In this document: positions 18,835-27,917 of the stretch, in pieces
Numbering within the stretch: position 1 is the stretch's first letter
Layout: each line of letters begins with the position of its first letter
Assembly (NCBI GenBank): GCA_012727955.1
Contig: JAAYGB010000008.1
Location: 70,637-134,636 of the forward strand
Direction of reading: 5' to 3'
Length of the DNA: 64,000 bases
Source: Bacillota bacterium
Lineage (GTDB): Bacteria > Bacillota > Limnochordia > DTU087 > JAAYGB01
Notes under the pieces: generated by a model
What the model was told of the DNA's origin: nothing
What the model saw: only the letters and a program-made list of their open reading frames with translations
The model's database searches: none
Program-made: the position numbers and the translations under genes

Positions 18835-19825
18835 CCGCATCCTCAATGTTTGCTTGTATAGTAGAGACTACCTGATTGTCTACAGCCTCCATCGCCGCGA
18901 TCAGTGCGTTTCGAATTGCCTTGCGATTAGAGCTGCCATGGCTGATAATACTGACTCCCTTGACTCCCAACAGAGGGGCACCACCGTACTCGGTGTAATC
19001 AACTGCGGCGGCCACTCGTTTTAGTCCATCCTTGACAAGGAGCGCACCCAGTTTGCTTTTCATATCTCGAGTCAATTCTCTCTTGATCAGGGAAAACAGT
19101 CCCTTGCCCATTCCCTCGGCAAATTTCAGGACGATGTTTCCCACAAATCCATCACAGACCACGACATCGGCAGCGCCCAACAGTATGTCTCTTCCTTCGA
19201 TATTGCCAATGAAGTTAATTCCAGAGGTTTGTTCCAATAACCCATAGGTTTCCAGAACCAAATCATTCCCCTTAGTACTCTCTTCTCCAATACTGAGCAA
19301 GCCAATCCGGGGCCGGCTGATCCCCATTACCTTTTCCATATAAATACTACCCATGATTGCAAACTGCTGGAGATTTACCGGCTTACACTCAGCATTAGCT
19401 CCAGCGTCAACAATTACACTGGGACCCTGCAAAGTTGGCATTGGGCTGCCAATCGCCGGCCGATCAATTCCAGGAATTCGCCCGATGCGCAGCAGAGCAC
19501 TAGCCATGGTAGCTCCGGTGTTCCCGGCGCTAACCATCGCATCGGCTTCACCCTTTCGCACCAGATTGGCGCAGACTACCACCGAGGCATCTTTCTTTCG
19601 CCGCACTGCCTGTGCCGGATGCTCCCCCATGTCAATTACTTGCGGAGCATGAACAATACTTAGATTATTCCCCAATGGTCTGCCTTCCAGCGCCTGTTCA
19701 ATCTTAGCTTGGTCCCCCACTAAGATCACATGATGCTGCCCATGGGTTTGAACGAAGTCCCATGCCCCATTGACCATATCCTGGGGAGCATGATCTCCAC
19801 CCATCGCGTCCAGGGCAATCCGCAT
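18824..19825 (-). CDS. plsX: Phosphate acyltransferase PlsX
   Basis: MRIALDAMGGDHAP N-terminus. Start ATG 19825 with AGGAGA RBS. Confidence 0.9.
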   Translation of the reverse strand: MRIALDAMGGDHAPQDMVNGAWDFVQTHGQHHVILVGDQAKIEQALEGRPLGNNLSIVHAPQVIDMGEHPAQAVRRKKDASVVVCANLVRKGEADAMVSAGNTGATMASALLRIGRIPGIDRPAIGSPMPTLQGPSVIVDAGANAECKPVNLQQFAIMGSIYMEKVMGISRPRIGLLSIGEESTKGNDLVLETYGLLEQTSGINFIGNIEGRDILLGAADVVVCDGFVGNIVLKFAEGMGKGLFSLIKRELTRDMKSKLGALLVKDGLKRVAAAVDYTEYGGAPLLGVKGVSIISHGSSNRKAIRNALIAAMEAVDNQVVSTIQANIEDADGE

Positions 19826-19879
19826 ACTTCTCATCTCCTGACTAAATTCCGTCAACATCTCCATTCCATTGACCCAGGC

Positions 19880-20451
19880 CTACGGCGCCGGTGGATGCTG
19901 GAGTCCAACAACGGTGAATTCACCGACAAACACCAACTGGTTCTCTACTCGGCTTTCTACAAGAACTTCATAGCGGTCAGCGCGAGCAGACTTGATCACA
20001 GCCCGAGCAAAAACTCGATCCCCAACAAATACCGGCCTGACAAACTTGACCTCGGCCTTAGCTGTTAGAGCTACGGGAGCATCCACCAGGGCAATCGCCA
20101 GGGAATTACCCTGAGCAAAGACATAATGGCCTCTGACGATTCCTGTCTTCTTAAATCCCATGTCATCGGTGGTCAACAAAATCGATGACCCCGATTTCTC
20201 CAATTCAATCTCCGTCAGTTCACCAATAACTTCTCCTCCACTGACGGAACGAATTCGAGCATAAGTAGTTTCTGCCAAATGCTTGGTCCGTTCCCGCAAT
20301 TCGGGAATTCCCAGCTCCATGCGGTCTAGGCGTATTGTCTGCACACTCACATGCAGTGTGGCAGCCAATTCCTCATCGGTCATGAAGGGGTCTGAATCCA
20401 GCAGTTCACGCAGCTGTTGTTGCCGCTTCTCTTTAGCTTTGCTCCTGGCCA
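19880..20451 (-). CDS. fapR: Fatty acid/phospholipid biosynthesis transcriptional repressor FapR
   Basis: Closely parallels B. subtilis FapR (DEELAATLHVSVQTIRLDRMELGIPELRERTKHLA; thioesterase-like C-terminus). Start ATG 20451 with AAGGTGG RBS. Heads the plsX-fab operon. Confidence 0.9.
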
Positions 20452-20491
20452 TGAATTCCACCTTACTTCCGAATTTTATCTCTGTAATGAC

Positions 20492-20508
20492 TTAAGACCT
20501 GGTCATAA
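20492..20508. promoter_or_regulatory. FapR operator-like 17-bp near-palindrome upstream of fapR
   Basis: TTAAGACCTGGTCATAA matches the B. subtilis FapR box TTAGTACCAGGTACTAA at 13 of 17 positions and is palindromic around its centre. Lies 40 nt upstream of the fapR start. Confidence 0.55.
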
Positions 20509-20596
20509 ACATAGTTTACTGTATAGTCATTGGACATGCAAGGGGAACCAAGCAATTTTTGTCAGAAAATCCTGTGAAAATGGTCACTATCAACAC

Positions 20597-20629
20597 AAAA
20601 AAGCGAGAACCACTGATGGATTCCCGCTT
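20597..20629 (-). terminator. Rho-independent terminator after rpmF (minus strand)
   Basis: Minus strand GCGGGAATCCatcagtGGTTCTCGC followed by TTTTTTGTGTT. Confidence 0.5.
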
Positions 20630-20672
20630 CCTCTAGCCGGCAACGGCTCTATGATCGTATTTTTGGCCCACT

Positions 20673-20855
20673 TTACTCGTCGGCCCCAGCTGCAACTTTC
20701 TTACCGTCGTACCAGCCACAATTGCCGCATACCCGATGGGGTAGCTTTGGCTCATGGCACTGAGGACAAGCCCCCAGATTTGGAGCATTGGTCTTCCAAT
20801 TGGCTCGACGAGATCTAGTCTTTGCCTTTGACTGTCGCCTCTTTGGAACTGCCAT
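20673..20855 (-). CDS. rpmF: 50S ribosomal protein L32
   Basis: MAVPKRRQSKAKTRSRRANWK...CPQCHEPKLPHRVCGNCGWY. Confidence 0.95.
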   Translation of the reverse strand: MAVPKRRQSKAKTRSRRANWKTNAPNLGACPQCHEPKLPHRVCGNCGWYDGKKVAAGADE

Positions 20856-20901
20856 CGTCCCACACCTCCCATCACTAATAACGGATGCTGTTTTAACTCC
20901 G

Positions 20902-21456
20902 CTATTTGTCCTCTTCCAGTAATTCTTTCAACGCGGCCCATCGCAAGTCGGTATTATCTGGTTTGCAGTCACACTGCACATCGTTCTTGCTCTGGCCGCA
21001 GTTGGGACAAATCCCCTGGCAATCATCCTTACACACAATTTTCATCGGTACTGCAAGATAAAAGGCATCCCGCAGGGTATCGCTAATCTCCAGGTAAGTG
21101 TGGTCATAGAACCTCACTTCTTCCTCCACGGGGTACTCGCCGGAGCTTTCTTCACGCTCCCGCCACTGATCATAGCGTTCGCTATCCTTGGGAAGATACT
21201 CTTCAGAAAACCCACCGGACAAATGATAAGTAAAGGGCGTCAAACAGCGAGAACAGGTAAATTCCATCTGGGACTCTACCCGACCCTCCACCATGAAGGT
21301 GCGGTTGCCGATGTTGGTGATCGCTACCTTTGCCATGACAGGTCCCCGACCTTCCTCGGCGACGTCATCGAGTCCCAACTGGGAACACTCCAGGGAAAAT
21401 TCTCTCTCAATTCTAGCTCCTGTTTCGTCCTTGATTCGTGATATATCAATCCGCAT
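20902..21456 (-). CDS. yceD: YceD/DUF177 family protein (large-subunit biogenesis associated)
   Basis: Conserved position upstream of rpmF, with the CxxC...CxxC pair typical of DUF177. Confidence 0.75.
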   Translation of the reverse strand: MRIDISRIKDETGARIEREFSLECSQLGLDDVAEEGRGPVMAKVAITNIGNRTFMVEGRVESQMEFTCSRCLTPFTYHLSGGFSEEYLPKDSERYDQWREREESSGEYPVEEEVRFYDHTYLEISDTLRDAFYLAVPMKIVCKDDCQGICPNCGQSKNDVQCDCKPDNTDLRWAALKELLEEDK

Positions 21457-21505
21457 CGAGGCTCACCCCAAAATTATATTACCAGCATCGGGCTCTGTCA
21501 AGCCA

Positions 21506-22237
21506 TTACCGAGTGCGATCGCCCTGAAACCACAGGGGTGAATCGCTGTATCCGGCAGCCTCCAGGACCTTTTCCTGGTGACTGCGATGCATCGTCCCAT
21601 CTAGATGCAACCGTGATCCGAGGAAATGAACACAAAAGTGACCGCTAAAACCATTATTATTGATACTTCCACTTCCATGGGGGAACCCATTCATCGAAGC
21701 TGCAATCCTTCTGCCCCCAATCTCAAGGGCAACGGCTCTGCGCTCCCAGCTAAAGCATCCACCGTACAGGGATTTCAGCACCTTGGTGTCCGCTGCGGTC
21801 AAAGGTTCAACGTCGGCATGAAGATGGCCGTGATACCGACGGACCTGCAGGGAGCGGCCGGTAACCAAGTCCACGATGGTGGCAGCGCTGCCGTGGGGAA
21901 AAAGCAAATCTACCTCTTCCCACAACACCAGCTCTGGATCCCTCACCGGAGCCTTGGCCTGAAGACGTCTCCAGGTTTGAACTCCCACGATGCCGTCGGA
22001 AACTAGACCTTCATCCTTCTGGAAATTGACGACTGACCTTTTCGTATTAGGACCAAAGATCCCATCCACCTCTCCCGATAGGTAACCCAAGGAAGCCAAA
22101 AGGTCCTGTAGGACCACCACCTCGGGGCCCCGATGGCCTTGACGAAGCAGGGGTACATCTGCGGCAACAACAGGTGGACAGAGCAGTCCAACTATGATGA
22201 GCCAACAGCTGAAAAATCTCCATTTGGTGCTCCGCAT
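21506..22237 (-). CDS. Secreted peptidoglycan-binding (PG_binding_1) protein with YkuD/L,D-transpeptidase-like C-terminal region
   Basis: Signal peptide. PG_binding_1 pattern LLRQGHRGPEVVVLQDLLASLGYLSGEVDGIFGPNTKRSVVNFQ. C-terminal HG...SGHFCVHF resembles the L,D-transpeptidase H...SxGCxR motif but is degenerate. Confidence 0.55.
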   Translation of the reverse strand: MRSTKWRFFSCWLIIVGLLCPPVVAADVPLLRQGHRGPEVVVLQDLLASLGYLSGEVDGIFGPNTKRSVVNFQKDEGLVSDGIVGVQTWRRLQAKAPVRDPELVLWEEVDLLFPHGSAATIVDLVTGRSLQVRRYHGHLHADVEPLTAADTKVLKSLYGGCFSWERRAVALEIGGRRIAASMNGFPHGSGSINNNGFSGHFCVHFLGSRLHLDGTMHRSHQEKVLEAAGYSDSPLWFQGDRTR

Positions 22238-22384
22238 TTCCCACCCGTCCTCTCAGCCTGAGGCAGATCTGATACCTGTACTCATGGAATATCCATGCAA
22301 AGGGGCCATATATATGTATTACCTGGCTTCGCCTTCCAGCCGGGCTGTGAACCACTATCTCTTAAGGGAAAGGTGATAGATGAA

Positions 22385-23635
22385 ATGCCCACTACGTCGC
22401 GTCCCAGCAAGGCCGGGACCATTATTTTGGGCGCCGCTGCCCTCATCTTAACTATCTCTGTCATTGCTTACCCTGACGTAGCCTTCGACGCCTCATTGAA
22501 TGGGCTTCGCATCTGGTTTGACGTGGTGCTTCCTGCCCTTCTCCCCTTTTTTGCAATGTCAGAGATTATGATTGGCCTCGGAGTTGTTCACTTCATGGGA
22601 GTCTTGGTGGAACCCATCATGCGCCCGGTCTTTCGCATTCCGGGAGAAGGAGCCTTTGCGGTGGTTATGGGTCTGGCTTCGGGGTATCCCGTCGGTGCCA
22701 GAATTACAGCCCGCCTGTATCAGGAGGGAATGTGTAATTCCGTTGAGGGAGAGCGTCTCGTCAGTTTCGCCAATACCGCCGACCCGTTGTTCATGATTGG
22801 CGCGGTGGCAGTGGGCATGTTTGGACTCAGGAGCATTGGCTCAACCATAACCATCGCTCACTATATCAGTGTGGTCCTCGTAGGATTCTTGATGCGATGG
22901 CATAGACCTGCCGCAGCATCGACTCCCCCTTCTCGTCGAAAAACAAGGGGTGGCAATATGTTCTCCCGGGCTCTGTCGGCCATGCACCAAGCCAGAGCCA
23001 ACGATAATCGCTCCTTGGGTCAAGTTTTTGGAGATGCCGTTAAGGACACCTTTAACGCCCTGCTATTCGTCGGTGGCTGTATTATGATGTTTTCTGTCTT
23101 CACTGCCGTGCTGACGGCATCGGGAACCATTGACTGGCTGTCCACCCTACTCCAGAAGTCCCTGACTCTATTTGGTCTGAATGAATCCTTGGCTCCGGCG
23201 GTCCTCAAGGGGATCTTTGAAATCACCATCGGGTGTCAGGCTGCCAGTGAGGCCAGCGCCTCACTCCTGCACCGCGCAGTGATTGCCAGCGCCGTCATCG
23301 GCTGGAGCGGTTTTTCCGTCCATAGTCAAGTGGCAGCGATGGTACAGGGCACCGGAATCCGCCTGATGCCCTATATAATCGCTCGCGCCATGCATGGAGT
23401 ACTGGCTGCTATCGTTACGTACATAATAGCTATCCTCAATCCCAGCGTCTTGAGTTCCCAAGCTGCCCCAACTATCGGCTACTCTTTCATCCCAGCTGAG
23501 GGAATGACTTTTCTCACCGTGATCTCATCGGCCTCAGCGCTAGCGGGAAAAATCGCCTTGGTTATTGCAGGGCTAGTTTTCCTGGCCTGGATTCTGAGCA
23601 AAATCAAAATCGTCTCCTTCATCGTTAAGGACTAA
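22385..23635 (+). CDS. ylbJ: Sporulation integral membrane protein YlbJ (nucleoside-recognition Gate domain)
   Basis: Multi-TM protein, divergent from coaD-rsmD exactly as ylbJ is in B. subtilis. Start ATG 22385 with AAGGTGA RBS. The ORF-track start at 22295 adds 30 aa not seen in homologs. Confidence 0.7.
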   Translation: MPTTSRPSKAGTIILGAAALILTISVIAYPDVAFDASLNGLRIWFDVVLPALLPFFAMSEIMIGLGVVHFMGVLVEPIMRPVFRIPGEGAFAVVMGLASGYPVGARITARLYQEGMCNSVEGERLVSFANTADPLFMIGAVAVGMFGLRSIGSTITIAHYISVVLVGFLMRWHRPAAASTPPSRRKTRGGNMFSRALSAMHQARANDNRSLGQVFGDAVKDTFNALLFVGGCIMMFSVFTAVLTASGTIDWLSTLLQKSLTLFGLNESLAPAVLKGIFEITIGCQAASEASASLLHRAVIASAVIGWSGFSVHSQVAAMVQGTGIRLMPYIIARAMHGVLAAIVTYIIAILNPSVLSSQAAPTIGYSFIPAEGMTFLTVISSASALAGKIALVIAGLVFLAWILSKIKIVSFIVKD

Positions 23636-23676
23636 GTATGACTGTCCAAGGGCCCCGGTCCAGGCACCGGGGCTCT

Positions 23677-24183
23677 TTACTCCTGCACCTTTATCCTATC
23701 GCTGTTCTTTCCGTACAACCGGTACAGATTCTGCTCAACGTGGGGCGGTACCCAGCGAGAGACATCGCCCCCCATACTGGCTACCTCTTTGATAGCACTG
23801 GAGCTGACAAAGGAGTATTCCGTATTGGTCATCATAAAGATGGTTTCAATATCCTCGTCAAGCTGGGCGTTCATTGCCGCCATCTTAAACTCCATCTCAA
23901 AGTCCGTCACCGCTCGTAAGCCCCGCACCAAGGCCACCGCGTTTTTCCTTCGGGCATAATTAACAGCCAACCCGGAGAAGAAGTCACAGGAAACATTGGG
24001 AATGTCCTTCACCGTTTCGTTGAGCATGGCTAATCGTTCATCGACGGTAAAACTCGCTGTCTTGCTGGGGTTGACCAAAATTGCAATGTACAGCTTGTCA
24101 AAAAGGTTGGCTGCCCGGCGGATAATGTCCAAATGACCGTAAGTAACGGGATCAAAACTTCCCGGATAAACTGCGATTCTCAT
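23677..24183 (-). CDS. coaD: Phosphopantetheine adenylyltransferase
   Basis: MRIAVYPGSFDPVTYGHLDII. Start ATG 24183; alternative start ATG 24192. Confidence 0.9.
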   Translation of the reverse strand: MRIAVYPGSFDPVTYGHLDIIRRAANLFDKLYIAILVNPSKTASFTVDERLAMLNETVKDIPNVSCDFFSGLAVNYARRKNAVALVRGLRAVTDFEMEFKMAAMNAQLDEDIETIFMMTNTEYSFVSSSAIKEVASMGGDVSRWVPPHVEQNLYRLYGKNSDRIKVQE

Positions 24184-24210
24184 TCCATACACCTCTGCAA
24201 CGTTCCACTC

Positions 24211-24762
24211 TTATTGATACTGATAGAAATATAGTTCTGTGTCTCCGTAGGTCTGAGTGCGGGTAAGAGTTAGATCCCCAATTGCCTGAGGTAGGCCTGT
24301 CCCAGATTCTTGCTCACAGACCACCAGGCCATCGGGACACAAGAGTCCTTCGCTGTGAATCAGGCCCACCAAGTCCGGCACGCAATCGAGCTGGTACGGT
24401 GGATCCATGAAAATAATGTCAAACACAGCCGCCTCTTTGCCCAGAATTCTCAAAGCCTTGTCGACATCAATCCCCATCACCGTAGCCTTGTCCTCTACCT
24501 TCGTTAGTCTTAGGTTTTCTCGAATAGTTGCTAAAGCCCTGCGATTTTTTTCCACCAATACCGCAGTCTGCGCCCCCCGACTTAAAGCCTCGATGGCAAT
24601 AGCCCCTGTTCCGGAAAACAAATCCAAAAACCTGGCTCCGACAACCCTTGAAGCCAAGATAGAAAAGAGGGCCTCCTTCACCCTGTCGGAAGTCGGTCTG
24701 GTACCGCCACCTTTGACAGTCCTAAGTCGTGTTCCCCGAGCTGTACCTGTGATCACCCGCAT
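24211..24762 (-). CDS. rsmD: 16S rRNA (guanine966-N2)-methyltransferase RsmD (YlbH)
   Basis: MRVITGTARGTRL N-terminus, DLFSGTG SAM motif, DPPY. Start ATG 24762 with GGGAG RBS. Confidence 0.85.
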   Translation of the reverse strand: MRVITGTARGTRLRTVKGGGTRPTSDRVKEALFSILASRVVGARFLDLFSGTGAIAIEALSRGAQTAVLVEKNRRALATIRENLRLTKVEDKATVMGIDVDKALRILGKEAAVFDIIFMDPPYQLDCVPDLVGLIHSEGLLCPDGLVVCEQESGTGLPQAIGDLTLTRTQTYGDTELYFYQYQ

Positions 24763-24984
24763 AGCTGTCACTCCCAGTTCTCAACTAACGTCCTTGACCC
24801 CGCGCAGACAAAATTGCGACAAACCGCGCATAATGTTAGCCGGAGTGCACCATATTATGAACGTAGTAAGTCGCAACCCTCCCCAAAGGCACAGGAAGTG
24901 CCGTCAACCGTTCCGCGGGTGATACGCTCTTCCTCCGGTTTCTCCTCTCCCTGAAAGCAGCGGTCCAACTCCGCTGCTTTCTTT

Positions 24985-27045
24985 TCAGCTAAGTCTCTGC
25001 TGGATTCGAGCAGCCAGTTCCTCCTCGATGGCAGTCGAAAGTAAATAATCGGGAGGCTGTGCCTGGCCGATGATCTCCAGCGCTAGGGCCCTCGCCTTTT
25101 CCAACTCCTTGATGTCAGTAAGATCCGCAAACTTCATTTCAGGAAATCCCGACTGCTTCAGTCCCAGCAATTCCCCGGGCCCTCGGATCTTCAGGTCTGC
25201 CTCAGCGATGAGGAAGCCATCGAACACTCGCCGCATTACCGCGATTCGCTCCCTCCCTTGCTCTGTACTGGGATTGGCAAAGAGCAGGCAATAGGATTGA
25301 TGCACCCCCCGCCCGACTCGACCTCGCAGCTGATGCAGCTGAGACAACCCGAAACGCTCCGCATTTTCAATAACCATCACAGTGGCATTGGGAACATCGA
25401 CACCGACCTCAATAACAGTAGTAGTAACGAGAATATCGATGGTTCCGTTGTAAAAATTCTCCATCACTGCTGCTCGGTCCTTGTAGGGCATCTGTCCATG
25501 AACCAGCCCAACCTTTAGATCGGGAAAGACGAGCACCAGATCTTGGTAATGGGTTGTCGCTGCCTTTCCGTCAACCTCTTCGCTGGGCTCAACAAAGGGA
25601 CAAACCACATAAACCTGCCGACCCTTGGCCACCTGCCTCCGCAAAAACTCATAGACCTGGGGCCGATCCCTCTCGGCGATCCACCGGGTATCAATCGGTT
25701 TCCGTCCCATCGGCAACTGGTCCATAATGGAAACATCCAAATCCCCGTACAGGGTTAGGGCCAAGGTCCGAGGAATCGGAGTGGCCGTCATCACCAAAAG
25801 ATCCGTCTCCGGTTTGATCAGCATTTCACGCTGCTCCACCCCAAAGCGATGCTGCTCGTCGATCACTGCCAGGCCCAAGTTGCGAAATTCCACACCCTCT
25901 TGGATCAATGCGTGGGTGCCGACGACGACCTGCACCTGGCCGGACCGTAAACCCGTAAGGATTTCCCTTCGTTCCCCCGGTGGCGTTCGCCCCGTCAAGA
26001 GCCGAAAGGTGATCCCCAATTCTGCGATGGTTTTTGTCAGGGAGGCAAAGTGCTGTTCCGCTAGGACCTCCGTTGGCGCCATGAAGGCCGCCTGATACCC
26101 CCCAGCTACGGCCTTGACCATCGCGTATAACGCGACTATGGTCTTGCCTGAACCCACGTCCCCCTGCAGCAGGCGACGCATCGGGTGAGGCGACTCCATA
26201 TCAAGGCGGATGTCATTGATCGCCTGCCTTTGAGCCGCCGTTAACTGAAAGGGCAATTGGGCAAAATAACCCTGCACCAGTTCGTTGTCAACACCGTGCT
26301 CGATACCCCGGTGGTGCTGCCTTGCCTGGAGGTTTTTCCGCATCAGAATCAACTGCAGGCACAGGAGCTCATCAAAGGCCAGTCGCCGCCAGGCTTGGTT
26401 GACCTCCTCCAAGTTCCGGGGCCAATGCATTCTCCGTAGAGCTTCGGGACGAGACACAAGGCCCAACTGGTGAAGATCCGACTCTGGGATGAACTCCACT
26501 ATGTTTCCTGCGTACTTCGTCCAAGCCTGGAAGAGCAAATCCCGAATCAAGCCCTGGGTGAGCCCGTCGGTGAGGGGATAAACTGGCACGACATTTTCCC
26601 CAGGGTCCGATGGAAAGCGCACCTGTGGGGTTCTGAAGATGAGCCGCCCACCTTCCGACACCGGAGTGCCCAGCAAAGTAACCTCGGAAGCGGTGGCCAG
26701 CTTCTTGAGAAGTGGCACTTTGCCTTTATAGGCAGTGACAAACCACAGCACTCCCACCTCACCGGTTTCATCTTGGACCTGGCCAGTGATGATGGACAAA
26801 TTCCGCCTTTTCGTCCGCCGGTGGCGCACTCCGACAACTTGGCCGCGGACACAGGCACTTTGCCCATCCCTTAACTGGGCGATGGGTGTTAGATTGCTCC
26901 AATCTTCATATCTGCGGGGTGGTAACAAAAATAAGTCGGCCACAGTCTCAACACCGAGCTTCGCTAGTCGCTGGGTTCGAGCCGGGCCGACGCCTTTTAA
27001 CTCACTGACTGGTACCCTGTGTAACACTGTCAATCCACGCCTCAA
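24985..27045 (-). CDS. recG: ATP-dependent DNA helicase RecG
   Basis: Wedge domain plus helicase motifs GDVGSGKT, DEQHRFG, QLRGRVGRG. Confidence 0.95.
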   Translation of the reverse strand: MRRGLTVLHRVPVSELKGVGPARTQRLAKLGVETVADLFLLPPRRYEDWSNLTPIAQLRDGQSACVRGQVVGVRHRRTKRRNLSIITGQVQDETGEVGVLWFVTAYKGKVPLLKKLATASEVTLLGTPVSEGGRLIFRTPQVRFPSDPGENVVPVYPLTDGLTQGLIRDLLFQAWTKYAGNIVEFIPESDLHQLGLVSRPEALRRMHWPRNLEEVNQAWRRLAFDELLCLQLILMRKNLQARQHHRGIEHGVDNELVQGYFAQLPFQLTAAQRQAINDIRLDMESPHPMRRLLQGDVGSGKTIVALYAMVKAVAGGYQAAFMAPTEVLAEQHFASLTKTIAELGITFRLLTGRTPPGERREILTGLRSGQVQVVVGTHALIQEGVEFRNLGLAVIDEQHRFGVEQREMLIKPETDLLVMTATPIPRTLALTLYGDLDVSIMDQLPMGRKPIDTRWIAERDRPQVYEFLRRQVAKGRQVYVVCPFVEPSEEVDGKAATTHYQDLVLVFPDLKVGLVHGQMPYKDRAAVMENFYNGTIDILVTTTVIEVGVDVPNATVMVIENAERFGLSQLHQLRGRVGRGVHQSYCLLFANPSTEQGRERIAVMRRVFDGFLIAEADLKIRGPGELLGLKQSGFPEMKFADLTDIKELEKARALALEIIGQAQPPDYLLSTAIEEELAARIQQRLS

Positions 27046-27884
27046 TCAATGGTAGGATAGAAGGCTACTCCAGCTACTCCTGGACCGGTATGTACCCCGA
27101 TAGTTGGTCCGATTTCACTAATAGTTAATTGAGAAATCGGCACCCCGGTCTCGGCCAATCCGGCCTTTAGTTCCGCCGCGACATCAAGCCCCTCCAAATG
27201 AGCGATAGATGCCGTTACGGCATTATTGTTAGCCTCTTCACCAAAATACCGCACTATCCTTTGTAAAGCCTTGGTCTTACCTCTAGTCCGATCCAAGGGA
27301 GCCACAGTACCATCGACAATCTGCAACACGGGTTTGATCTTGAGGACGGTTCCCAACATCGACGCCGCTTTTCCGATCCGTCCATTACGCTCAAGATATT
27401 CCAGGGTGTCTACCAGCAAAGCAATACGCATCGTGTCCCGTATTTGCTGCAACTGTCGAAGAATCTCGTGACGAGTAGCACCGGCGTTGGCCATTTCTAC
27501 CGCTCGCATCACCATCAGCCCCATTCCCACCGATGCCGACAAAGTGTCAAAAACGACTACATCGTTATCCACCATGTCTGATGCCATGACAGCACTTTGG
27601 TAGGTTCCGCTTAACCTGCTAGATAGGGTCAAACACAGCACCTTATCGGCGTAGTCAGTCTCTTGATACGCCTTGACAAAGTCACCGGGCGATGGTTGAG
27701 CCGTATGGATTTTTTGTGCCGTTGGTAATCGCCGACGGAACTCCTCACGGGTCAGATCGATACCATCTTTGTAGTCTACGTTATCTATGTGAACCGATAG
27801 GGGCACGATATGCAACCCCTGCTTTGGCTGAAAGGATTCCGGCAGGTCAGCACCACTATCGGTAACGATCGCCACTTTACCCAC
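27042..27884 (-). CDS. fakB: DegV family fatty-acid binding protein (FakB)
   Basis: MGKVAIVTDSGADLP N-terminus, DegV fold. Immediately downstream of the DAK2 protein. Confidence 0.85.
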   Translation of the reverse strand: MGKVAIVTDSGADLPESFQPKQGLHIVPLSVHIDNVDYKDGIDLTREEFRRRLPTAQKIHTAQPSPGDFVKAYQETDYADKVLCLTLSSRLSGTYQSAVMASDMVDNDVVVFDTLSASVGMGLMVMRAVEMANAGATRHEILRQLQQIRDTMRIALLVDTLEYLERNGRIGKAASMLGTVLKIKPVLQIVDGTVAPLDRTRGKTKALQRIVRYFGEEANNNAVTASIAHLEGLDVAAELKAGLAETGVPISQLTISEIGPTIGVHTGPGVAGVAFYPTID

Positions 27885-27917
27885 TAGATCACTCCTACTT
27901 GCTCCACTGCCACTTAC

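Noticed and set aside
14226-19652. Plus-strand ORFs overlapping rnc, fabF, fabG, fabD, fabH and plsX (e.g. 15227..15730, 16940..17428, 17292..17855, 18542..19024)
   Set aside because: Antisense to highly conserved fatty-acid synthesis genes. No RBS and no motifs.
22295-22384. N-terminal 30 aa of the ylbJ ORF call (MQRGHIYVLPGFAFQPGCEPLSLKGKVIDE)
   Set aside because: It lies in the divergent promoter region and has no RBS. An ATG at 22385 with AAGGTGA RBS gives a membrane-protein N-terminus consistent with YlbJ homologs.
24407-24922. 171-aa plus-strand ORF across rsmD and its leader
   Set aside because: Antisense to rsmD, which has a clear SAM-MTase motif. No RBS.
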